NCBI GenBank assembly: GCA_963831685.1
Contig: CAWHRJ010000015.1
Location: 62,305 to 126,304 of the forward strand
Source: an uncultured Pseudomonadota bacterium
GTDB taxonomy: Bacteria > Myxococcota_A > Polyangia > Fen-1088
Length of the DNA stretch: 64,000 nt
Reading direction: 5' to 3'
Positions within the stretch are counted from its first letter, which is position 1. Each line of letters opens with the position of its first letter. The notes below the pieces were generated by a model. The model was given only the letters and a program-made list of their open reading frames with translations. It ran no database searches and was not told the DNA's origin. The position numbers and the translations under genes are program-made. Positions 42,229 to 52,095 of the stretch are shown here, one piece after another.

Positions 42229-42940
42229 ATGAAGCGACGGGGCCGCGTCATCGGGGGCGAGATTGCGATTCTGTGCGCTGCCATTCTTGGAGGCTGCGGC
42301 GGCAACGCGCCGGCGGTCGGTACCGAGCGAGGGGCTTGCCTCGCGGGCGGCGTCTGCGGGAGCGGGCTCGTCTGTCTGTCGGACGTCTGCGTGCGGCCGA
42401 CCGCCGGGAGCGATGGCGGCCTTGCCGCGAGCCCGCTCGTCGTCTCGACGGCGACGCGCACGCCACGGACGACGACCACCGGGGTCAACTACTGGCTGTG
42501 GATGCCAGCCTTCGGAGACGACGTCACCGGAACAGACACGCTGGTGGCGGCGCTCAAGCCGACGCTGATGCGCGTCGGCGGCTACAACAACGACGCCAAC
42601 ACCCAGGATCCGTTCGACGACGCCGCATTCGACACGGCGGTCGCCTACGCCCGTGCCATCGGCGCCGAGCCGATCATCCAGGTTCCGCTTCTGGCGGACA
42701 CCAGCGGGAAGCCACCGACGGCCGCGACCGCCGCCGGGATGGTCACGTACGCCAACGTCACCAAGGCGTACGGCCTCAAAGACTTCTCCGATCGGCAACG
42801 AGCCCGACCTCTACGTGTCGCAGGGGCTGGTGGCCGACCCGACGCAGCCGGCGATCCCGGGCTACACCCCGGCCGCCTACTGCGCGACGGCGAGCGCGTA
42901 CGTCGCGGCGGCGCTCCTGCTGGAGCACCGCCGGATTTGA
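42229..42940 (+). pseudogene. glycoside-hydrolase-like lipoprotein (clan GH-A style NEP motif), one frame change near 42788 and 3' truncated at the junction
   Basis: AAAGGAGAA RBS, MKRRGRVIGGEIAILCAAILGGCGG lipobox, YWLWMPAFGD and LMRVGGYNNDAN. After the shift it reads IGNEPDLYVSQGL...GYTPAAYCATASAYVAA. Credible coding ends near 42910, far short of a full catalytic domain. Confidence 0.5.
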
Positions 42941-43066
42941 ATAAGTAAGTAGTCAGCAAACCGGCAACGCGGCGTCTTCGACGCACGCTCCGACTGCCTA
43001 CAAGAGCGAGAGTTTTGTCCAGCTGTGCGGATAACAAATGTGGACAATTCGCCGCACGGCGCAAAA
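42905..43066. other. junction/linker between two compositionally and taxonomically different segments
   Basis: Neither flanking gene continues into it in any frame. Contains TGAATAAGTAAGTAG (42938..42952; stops in all three forward frames) and a TTGTCCA-N19-TGGACAA hairpin (43014..43046). Confidence 0.7.
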
Positions 43067-43678
43067 CCAGATGATGTCGCCGCCATGCTCGCGGTGATAC
43101 TTCGACATCGAGCCTTCGCCGGTGTCGTGCGCGAAGTTGCCTTTTTTCGCGCCGAGGTTCAGCGCCATGATTGCGTTCGCCGACAGCGAGCCGAAGCTCA
43201 TCGCGGAGACGTTGAAGATCGACATCGAATAAGGCTGCGCGCGATCTGGGCCGACGACGATGCGGAAGTCGTGACTGTCGAGCGTGGTCGGCGCGAGCGA
43301 GTGGCTGATCCACTCGTGCGCGATCGCTTTGACATCCAGTTCGGTCCCATACGGGCGGCTATCGACGTCGTTCTTCGCGCGCTGGTAGACGATGCTGCGC
43401 TGCGCGCGCGAGAACGGCTTTTCGTCGGTATCGTTTTCAACGAAATACTGGCGGATTTCCGGACGGATGAACTCGAACAGGAAGCGGAAGTGACCCCACA
43501 GCGGATAGTTGCGCAGAATCGCGTGGCGCTGCTGCGTCAGATCGAACAGGCCGAGCGCAACGAGCGCGAGCGGCACGATGATCCAGAACCACGCGAGGCG
43601 ATGCGTGATGGCGAGCGCCGCGCAGACGGCGAGCAGCGCGACTGCGCACCACATCGCCAGATAACGTCGAGAAAACAT
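43067..43678 (-). pseudogene. FMN-binding glutamate synthase family protein, N-terminal ~204 codons only (3' truncated)
   Basis: MFSRRYLAMWCAVALLAV...RHAILRNYPLWGHFRFLFEFIRPEIRQYFVENDTDEKPFSRAQRSIVYQRAK...FNVSAMSFGSLSANAIMALNLGAKKGNFAHDTGEGSMSKYHREHGGDIIW. ORF 42998..43678 then runs into unrelated sequence. Full-length family members are more than twice this size. Confidence 0.7.
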
Positions 43679-44009
43679 GGGGACTCCAGTGCAGTGAAGA
43701 TCGTCGCGGAGGGATCGCCGACGCTGTCGGCGCAGACGGAATCCGCCGCGAAGGAAACGGGCCGCCGCGGATCAGCGCGAAGCGGGCGTCGGCCTCGCGT
43801 GGCCTCGCGCGCTGGCCCGTGCGGACGAAGCCATGCACAAGGCAGCGGCCGGGCAAATCTGAAGATGAGGCATGCGAACGAATGACAAGCGTCGCACGCG
43901 AAGGTGAAGGGTGTGTGAATGGCGTGCAAGGGAGGGGCGCAACGGCTGGTGCGAGTGAGGCAAACACGCCAGGCGTGTCGGACCCGCGCCGCTTGCCCCT
44001 TTGCATCGC

Positions 44010-45278
<1,269 letters not shown>

Positions 45279-45290
45279 CTACCGCGATGT

Positions 45291-45769
45291 TTACCGTTTT
45301 GGCCCGACCGAATGCGTATGCACGAAGTCGAGCGGGAAACGCCGGCCGGCGAGGTAGTCGTCGATGCATTGCATCACGAGCGGCGTGCGGTGCCGTTCAG
45401 GACAGGCGCGCAACTCGTCGGCGCTCATCCACAGCGTGCGAACGATGTCGGGATCGAGCGCGCGCGCTGCATCGGGTGCGCCGCCCGTGCCGCAATAGGT
45501 GAAGCGCAGATAGGTGACGCCTCACTGCCGGGCCGCTCGAAGTGGGTCATGTACATGCCGACCAGCGCCTCGGGCGCGAACGGATGGGCGGTTTCCTCGA
45601 GCGTTTCGCGGATCACCGCCTGCAACAGCGTTTCGCCCGCCTCGAGATGGCCGGCGGGCTGATTCAGGCGCAGGCCGTCGGCGGTATGTTCCTCGACCAC
45701 GAGGAAGCGCCCGTCACGCTCGACGATCGCCGCGACGGTGACGTGCGGCAGCCAGGTTTCCGGTTTCAT
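45291..45769 (-). pseudogene. NUDIX hydrolase, one frame change near 45520
   Basis: Nudix box GHLEAGETLLQAVIRETLEETA in ORF 45425..45769. The C-terminal third (VTYLRFTYCGTGG...LWMSADELRAC...DYLAGRRFPLDFV) is in another frame, with the stop at 45291. Confidence 0.75.
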
Positions 45770-45972
45770 GGCTGCGCATTTTACCGGTTATGGGCCTGGG
45801 CTGCCGGGAAGCGGCCACGGCGGCCAGGCGCGGGCACCCCCGGATTGTCCCCGATTCTTGTGCCCCCCCTGGTTTCGGTTAAAGTGAGGCGTTAGCCGTT
45901 GCAATTGCAGGTGCAAGCCGGCGTGCCTCGTCGGCCAATCTGTCGTCAAACAGGAAGTCGAGGAGGAGCACG

Positions 45973-47115
45973 ATGCACATCGGAGTGCCAGCCGAGACGC
46001 GCGCGGACGAAACACGCGTCGCCGTCACGCCCGAAACGGTCAAGAAGTACGTGACCCAGGGCCACCGGGTCACATCCAGAGCGGCGCCGGCGCTGGCGCG
46101 AGCTTCCAGACGAGGCCTTTACGGCCGCCGGCGCCGAGATCGTCGACCGCGGCCACCGCCTTCGGCGCCGATCTCGTCCTCAAGGTGCGTCGCCCACCGA
46201 CGACGAACTGCCCTGATGAAGCGCGGCGCGACGCTGGTCGGGCATGCTCAATCCGTTAATACCGAGAACTCATCAAAGCTGGCCGCTGCCGGCGTCACCG
46301 CGTTCGCGCTCGAGGCCGCGCCGCGCACCACGCGCGCGCAGAGCCTGGACGTGCTGTCGTCGCAGGCCAACATCGCCGGCTACAAGGCCGTGATGATCGC
46401 GGCCGACAACTACCGCGCCTGTTCCCGATGCTGATGACCGCCGCCGGCACGGTCAAGGCGGCGCGCGTCGTCGTGCTGGGCGTGGGCGTGGCCGGCTTGC
46501 AGGCGATCGCCACCGCCAAGCGCCTGGGCGCGGTGATCGAGGCGACCGACGTGCGGCCGGCCGTCAAGGAGCAGGTCGAGTCGCTCGGCGCCAAGTTTCA
46601 TCGACGTGCCCTACGAGACCGAGGAAGAGCGCGAAGCCGCGCGAGGGCGTCGGCGGCTACGCGCGGCCGATGCCGCCGTCGTGGCTCGACGCGCCAGACG
46701 GCGCAGGTCCACGAGCGGGCGACGCAGGCCGACGTGGTCATCACCACCGCGCTGATTCCGGGCCGCGCCGCGCCGATGCTGATCACGGAGGACATGGTGC
46801 AGGCGATGAAGCCCGGCTCGGTGATCGTCGACCTCGCCGCCGGCCGCGGTCCGGAGTACGAAGGCCAGCGCGGCGGCAACTGCCCGCTGACCGAGGCGGA
46901 CAAGGTGGTCGTCAAGCACGGCGTGCACGATCGTCGGCGAGACGAACCTGGCGGCGATGGTGCGCCGCCGACGCGTCGTCGCTCTACGCGCGCAACGTGC
47001 TCGACTTCCTCAAGCTGATCATCACGAAGGAAGGCGCGTTGAACATCGATCTCGCGGACGACATCGTCGCGGCTACCTGATGGCGCGTGACGGCGAAGTC
47101 ACACGCAAGGCCTGA
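45973..47115 (+). pseudogene. pntA: NAD(P) transhydrogenase subunit alpha part 1 (PntAA), at least 8 frame changes
   Basis: MHIGVPAETRADETRVAVTPETVKKYVTQGH; AFALEAAPRTTRAQSLDVLSSQANIAGYKAVMIAADNY; MLMTAAGTVKAARVVVLGVGVAGLQAIATAKRLGAVIEATDVRPAVKEQVESLGAKF; ADVVITTALIPGRAAPMLITEDMVQAMKPGSVIVDLAAGRG; ASSLYARNVLDFLKLIITKEG, scattered over three frames. The last shift (ACC-CTG read as ACCTG near 47078) creates a premature TGA. Confidence 0.85.
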
Positions 47116-47142
47116 AGCAAATAACTATCTGGGAGAACGGCG

Positions 47143-47467
47143 ATGGAAGTCATCAACCACACCGTCATCAACCTGATCATCTTCGTGCTGGCGATCTACG
47201 TCGGCTACCACGTGGTCTGGAACGTCACGCCCGCGCTGCACACGCCGCTGATGGCGGTGACCAACGCGATCTCGGCGATCGTGATCGTCGGCGCGATGCT
47301 CGCCGCCGGGCTCACCGATCGGCGGCCCCGGCAAGTTCTTCGGCACGCTCGCGGTCGCGCTCGCGGCGGTCAACGTGTTCGGCGGCTTTCTCGTGACCCG
47401 ACGAATGCTGGAGATGTTCCGCAAGAAAGAGCCGAAGAAGCTGCCCGCAGCCAAGGAGAACGCGTAA
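47143..47467 (+). pseudogene. pntA: NAD(P) transhydrogenase subunit alpha part 2 (PntAB), one frame change near 47310
   Basis: [53 protein letters not shown], then hand-translated [37 protein letters not shown] in another frame. The TAA overlaps the pntB ATG. Confidence 0.8.
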
Positions 47468-48922
47468 TGAGCCTGAACGTCGTCACGCTGCTTTATCTGG
47501 TCGCGTCGGTCTGCTTCATTCAGGCGCTCAAGGGGCTGTCCAATCCGAAGACGGCGCGCGTCGGCAATACCTTCGGCATGGTCGGGATGGCGATTGCGAT
47601 CGTCACGACCATCGCGCTGATCGTCAAACAGGCGACCGCGCTCGGCTCGAACCTCGGTCTGGGGCTCGGCCTGCTGCTGGTCGCGCTGGTGATCGGTGGC
47701 GCGGTCGGCGCGTTCGTCGCGGCGCGCGTCGAGATGACCAAGATGCCGGAACTGGTCGCGGCGATGCACTCGCTGATCGGTCTTGCCGCCGTCTGCATCG
47801 CCGTATGCGGTGGTGTCGGAGCCGGCTGCGTTCGGCCTCGTCGATCCCGAGTATCCGATTCCGGGCTTCCTGCCGTTCGGCAATCGCATCGAACTGTTCA
47901 TCGGCACGTTCGTCGGCGCGATCACGTTCTCCGGTTCGGTGATCGCGTTCGGCAAGCTGTCGGGCAAGTACAAGTTCCGCCTCTTCCAGGGCGCGCCGGT
48001 GGTCTATGCAGGCCAGCACCTGATCAACCTGTTCCTTGCGATCGCGATGCTCGGCTTCGGCATCATCTTCTTCCTCACGCAGTCATGGTTGCCGTTCATC
48101 ATCATGACGATCATCGCGTTCGTGCTCGGCGTGCTGATCATCATCCCGATCGGCGGCGCGGACATGCCGGTGGTCGTGTCGATGCTGAACTCGTACTCGG
48201 GCTGGGCGGCGGCGGGCATCGGCTTCTCGCTGAACAATCCGATGCTGATCATCGCGGGCTCGCTGGTGGGTTCGTCGGGTGCGATCCTGTCGTACATCAT
48301 GTGCCGCGCGATGAACCGTTCGTTCTTCAACGTGATCCTCGGCGGCTTCGGCAACGAGCCGGGCGCGGCGGCGGCGGGTGGCGCGGCGGAGCAGCGTCCG
48401 GTGAAATCCGGGTCGGCGGATGACGCGTCGTTCATGCTCGGCAATGCGGAGACCGTGGTGATCGTGCCGGGCTATGGTCTGGCGGTGGCGCGTGCGCAGC
48501 ATGCGTTGAAGGAGCTGACCGACAAGCTGGTCGAGAAGGGCATCGAGGTGAAGTACGCGATTCACCCGGTGGCCGGCCGGATGCCGGGGCACATGAACGT
48601 GCTGCTCGCCGAAGCCGAGGTGCCGTACGACATGGTCTACGAAATGGACGACATCAACGGCGAGTTCGGTCAGGTCGACGTGGTGCTGGTGCTCGGCGCG
48701 AACGACGTGGTGAATCCGGCCGCGAAGAACGATCCGAAGTCGCCGATCGCGGGCATGCCGATCATCGAGGCGTATAAGGCGAGGACGGTGATCGTCAACA
48801 AGCGCTCGATGGCGGCGGGTTATGCCGGGCTCGACAACGACCTGTTCTACATGGACAAAACGATGATGGTGTTCGGTGATGCGAAGAAGGTTATCGAAGA
48901 TATGGTGAAAGCGGTGGAATGA
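47467..48922 (+). pseudogene. pntB: NAD(P) transhydrogenase subunit beta (PntB), one frame change near 47803
   Basis: [34 protein letters not shown]... (frame of ORF 47143..48423), then [12 protein letters not shown]...[21 protein letters not shown]...VPGYGLAVARAQH...HPVAGRMPGHMNVLLAEA... to the stop (ORF 47783..48922). Confidence 0.85.
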
Positions 48923-48990
48923 GCGCGGCGAGGAGATCGCGGGTTGCACTACTGGAAGCACGTGCGCCCGCGATTTTCACCCGCTTCGTC

Positions 48991-49677
48991 TCACTTCGGC
49001 TTCGCGTTCACATGCCGCAACAGGTCCGCGAGCCGGCGGCCTTCCTGGTCCGGATACAGTTCGAGCACCTGAAGGTCGTCGATCTTCTCCAGCCCGAAAT
49101 TGCGAAAGTCGCAGCGCAATTCGCACCACGCACCCAGCGTCCAGCGCGCGCCCCAATAGGCGAGCGCGAGCGGCCAGACGCGGCGCTCGGTCGCCGCGCC
49201 GCTCGCATCGGTGTAGGCGAAGCGCACCACGTGGCGCGTGTCGATCGCGCGATGCAGCGCATCCAGTTGCGCCGAAAAATTCCCTTTGATGTGAAACGAC
49301 GGCGCGAAAATCGCCAGCTTTTCTAGTGTCGCGCGTTTGTCGGCGGGCATCGCCGAGGCGATTTTCGCGAGCGCCCCGCGCGCGCCGCTCGCGAAGCCCG
49401 CACCGCCCCACGATTCGAGCATGCGCGCGCCCGCGGCAATCGCGGCCAGTTCGTCGGCGGTGAAGGTGAGCGGCGGCAGGCTCGCCGTGCGGCTCAACCG
49501 ATAGCCGATGCCGGCCTCGCCTTCGATCGGGACCCCTGATAACTGCAGATCGCGCACATCGCGATAGACGGTGCGCAGCGAAATGTTCAACCAGTCGGCG
49601 AGTTGTTGCGCGGTGGTCAGGCGCCGTCCGCGCAGCAGTTCGGCGATCTGGAACAGGCGGTCGGCGCGGCGCGTCAT
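48991..49677 (-). CDS. YafY-family transcriptional regulator (HTH + WYL domain)
   Basis: MTRRADRLFQIAELLRGRRLTTAQQLADWLNISLRTVYRDVRDLQLSGVPIEGEAGIGYRL. WYL part RFAYTDASGAATERRVWPLALAYWGARWTLGAWCELRCDFRNF. Confidence 0.8.
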   Translation of the reverse strand: MTRRADRLFQIAELLRGRRLTTAQQLADWLNISLRTVYRDVRDLQLSGVPIEGEAGIGYRLSRTASLPPLTFTADELAAIAAGARMLESWGGAGFASGARGALAKIASAMPADKRATLEKLAIFAPSFHIKGNFSAQLDALHRAIDTRHVVRFAYTDASGAATERRVWPLALAYWGARWTLGAWCELRCDFRNFGLEKIDDLQVLELYPDQEGRRLADLLRHVNAKPK

Positions 49678-49812
49678 CGTGGGCGTCTTGTAGAAGAGGA
49701 CGGGAACGGTCCCGCGATGATAGCGCCGCATACCGCGCTCCGCTCGAGGTTCACTGTGGCGCCCGCTGCCGCGTCGCGCGCCGCGTGGCGAGCTGTGGCG
49801 CCGTGTCGAGGT

Positions 49813-50196
49813 TCAGCCGTTGGTGCGCGAATGCAGGCCGAGGCGGTTGCCTTCCGTATCGGTGAAGAAAGCGATGTAGCCGATGTCTTGCGGCAGCTTG
49901 ATCACGGGGCCGTCGACCTTGCCGCCGGCTTGCTCGACACGGGCGAGGGCGGCGTCGACGTTCGGCTGCGCGGTCAGATAGACGATCACGCCGTCGCCGG
50001 TCGGGGTCATCGACGGGCTGTGGACGATCGCGCCGCCGGTGGCCGGTTCTTCGTAGCCGAACACGGCGATCGGCTGGCCGCCGATTTCCTGGCGATTGAG
50101 TTTGGTGTCGAGCGCGGCTTCATAAAAGCGGACGGCGCGATCGAAATCAACGGACGGAATCTCGAACCATGCAACAACCTTGGATGACGTGGACAT
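49813..50196 (-). CDS. VOC (glyoxalase/bleomycin-resistance/dioxygenase) family protein
   Basis: Internal ATG with AGGAGAG upstream. VAWFEIPSVDFDRAVRFYEAAL...GYIAFFTDTEGNRLGLHS. Confidence 0.75.
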   Translation of the reverse strand: MSTSSKVVAWFEIPSVDFDRAVRFYEAALDTKLNRQEIGGQPIAVFGYEEPATGGAIVHSPSMTPTGDGVIVYLTAQPNVDAALARVEQAGGKVDGPVIKLPQDIGYIAFFTDTEGNRLGLHSRTNG

Positions 50197-50588
50197 GACA
50201 CTCTCCTGTGGATGGCGGGTAAGCCGTGCAAAGCGCCGGATGGCGTGAGAAGGAGTGTGCGGGGGTGCTGCTGACAGCGTGGTGTCAGTAGGGTGTGGCA
50301 GCAGGTGGGTTTGGGAAAGAGTGGGTAGTGGGGCGCGGTGGCGGTCAGGGTGGGGATTGGGGCCGCGAGTTGCGCGCTTGCGCATGGCAGTAATGAGCCG
50401 TTAAGACGCCGCACAAGCGGTCGGCTGCGCACCGCGGAATGCGCAACGCGTAATGCGCAATGCGGAGCGCGGCGCGAGGAAAATCGGCCAGCATGCGCAT
50501 CGCGCACCCAAGTGCATTGCGCCAAGCGATCGTCATTCAAGCCGCTGGTGTATCGCGCTACGCTCGCCGCATTCCGCATTGCGTCAGC

Positions 50589-50625
50589 AAAAAAAAACCG
50601 CGCAACCCAAAGGTCCGCGGTTTTC
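50589..50625 (-). terminator. rho-independent terminator downstream of the THUMP methyltransferase gene
   Basis: On the minus strand, AACCGCG-gacctttgggtt-GCGCGGTT is followed by T9. It also forms a weaker plus-strand terminator (T4). Confidence 0.75.
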
Positions 50626-50681
50626 ATTGCCGTGCTACGGCGCGCCTCAAAGGCTTTGCGCCAAGCGCCTGAAGCGCCCTC

Positions 50682-51977
50682 TCAACCCGCCGGCGTATCG
50701 TTCTGCTGCGGTCGCTGACGCACGCTGCCCGCGATCAGATCGAAGCGGAACAGCCGGCATTCGAGCGCGCCGTTAAAGAGCGGCGTCTTGGTCGACTCGC
50801 GCAAACGCAATTGCCCCGGCAGCTTGCGATCCGACGTCAGAATGAACGCGTGCCAACCCGTGAAGCGCTGCTTCAACGCATCCCCGAGCGACTGGAAAAA
50901 TTCGCTGTCCGGCGTTTCTTCCTGAGCGCGGCGAAAGCTGTCGTCGTCGCGGCTATCGCGATTGCCGCGGCCTTCGCGCAGCTCGCCGCGCGCGTTGCGG
51001 CCCCGCACTTCGATCCGCTCGCCGTACGGCGGATTGGCGACGAGGATGCCCGCGGCGGACGACGGTGGCGTCATGCCGCGCGCATCGACCTGCTTGAGCG
51101 GAATCGACGGTAAGCCGGCGCGCTGGAAGTTCGCGCGCGCCTTGTCGAGCATATCGCCGGAAATATCGCTGCCGAAAATTTGCAGATCGGCGCGCGAGCT
51201 GCGCGCGGCGTGCTTCGCGTCGAGCGCGGCCGCCTTGAGCGTCTGCCAGGTCTTGGCGTCGAACTGCTTGAGCTTCTCGAAGCCGAAGCGGCGTTCCGCG
51301 CCCGGCGCGATGTTCAGCGCCACTTGCGCGGCTTCCGCGAGGAACGTGCCGCTACCGCACATCGGGTCGTACAGCGGCGTGCCGGCGCTCCAGCCGGTCA
51401 GACGCAGAATGCCCGCCGCGAGATTCTCGCGCAGGGGCGCCGCGCCCTTGTCGAGGCGCCAGCCGCGCTTGAACAGCGGGTCGCCGGATGTGTCGAGGTA
51501 CAGCGTGCAGTCGGTGGCCGTGAGAAACGCGAACACGCGCACGTCGGGCATGCCGGTGTCGATACTCGGCCGCGCGCCGCTGACTTCGCGCAGGCGGTCG
51601 CAGATCGCGTCCTTCACTCGCAGCGTGGTGAATTCGAGGCTGCGCAGCGGCGACTTGATCGCGGTGACGTCCACGCGCAGCGTTTCGTTCGCCGAGAACC
51701 ACTGTTCCCAACGTTGCTCGACCGCGAGCGCGTAAATGTCCTGCTCGCTACGATACGGCCGATGTGCGATCTTCAGCAGCACGCGGCTCGCGAGACGCGA
51801 ATGCAGGTTGGCGGCCATGCCGGCGGCCCAGCCTCCGCGGAAATGCACGCCGCCCGGCACTTGTGCGCCGGCCGTGAACGGCGCGCCGTTCAGGTGTTTG
51901 GCGGCGATTTCGGCGAGTTCGGCCGCGAGCGAGGCTTCAAGGCCGCGTGGGCAAGGGAGGAAGAAATCGAAGGACAT
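50682..51977 (-). CDS. THUMP domain-containing class I SAM-dependent RNA methyltransferase (RlmL/RlmK N-domain-like)
   Basis: 431 aa. MSFDFFLPCPRGLEASLAAEL..., APLRENLAAGIL, LYDPMCGSGTFLAEAA and VANPPYGERI. Confidence 0.8.
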   Translation of the reverse strand: MSFDFFLPCPRGLEASLAAELAEIAAKHLNGAPFTAGAQVPGGVHFRGGWAAGMAANLHSRLASRVLLKIAHRPYRSEQDIYALAVEQRWEQWFSANETLRVDVTAIKSPLRSLEFTTLRVKDAICDRLREVSGARPSIDTGMPDVRVFAFLTATDCTLYLDTSGDPLFKRGWRLDKGAAPLRENLAAGILRLTGWSAGTPLYDPMCGSGTFLAEAAQVALNIAPGAERRFGFEKLKQFDAKTWQTLKAAALDAKHAARSSRADLQIFGSDISGDMLDKARANFQRAGLPSIPLKQVDARGMTPPSSAAGILVANPPYGERIEVRGRNARGELREGRGNRDSRDDDSFRRAQEETPDSEFFQSLGDALKQRFTGWHAFILTSDRKLPGQLRLRESTKTPLFNGALECRLFRFDLIAGSVRQRPQQNDTPAG

Positions 51978-52095
51978 TGAGGTTGCCGGAAGGCGTTAGA
52001 TAAGGCGCTATTGTACGCGGTCGGGGTGAGCCGCCATGCTCGATTGCATGGCGGTGGGGTCGCGCGGGCTTGCGAGCTGGCGCGGCGCGCGCTTG

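Noticed and set aside
43014-43052. lac-operator-like (TGTGCGGATAACAA) or Tn7-end-like (TGTGGACAAT) sequence in the junction linker, hinting at vector or transposon DNA
   Set aside because: The similarity is short and imperfect (lacO would be TGTGAGCGGATAACAA). No flanking vector or TnsB-site pattern can be recognised by eye. It is left as something for a database search only.
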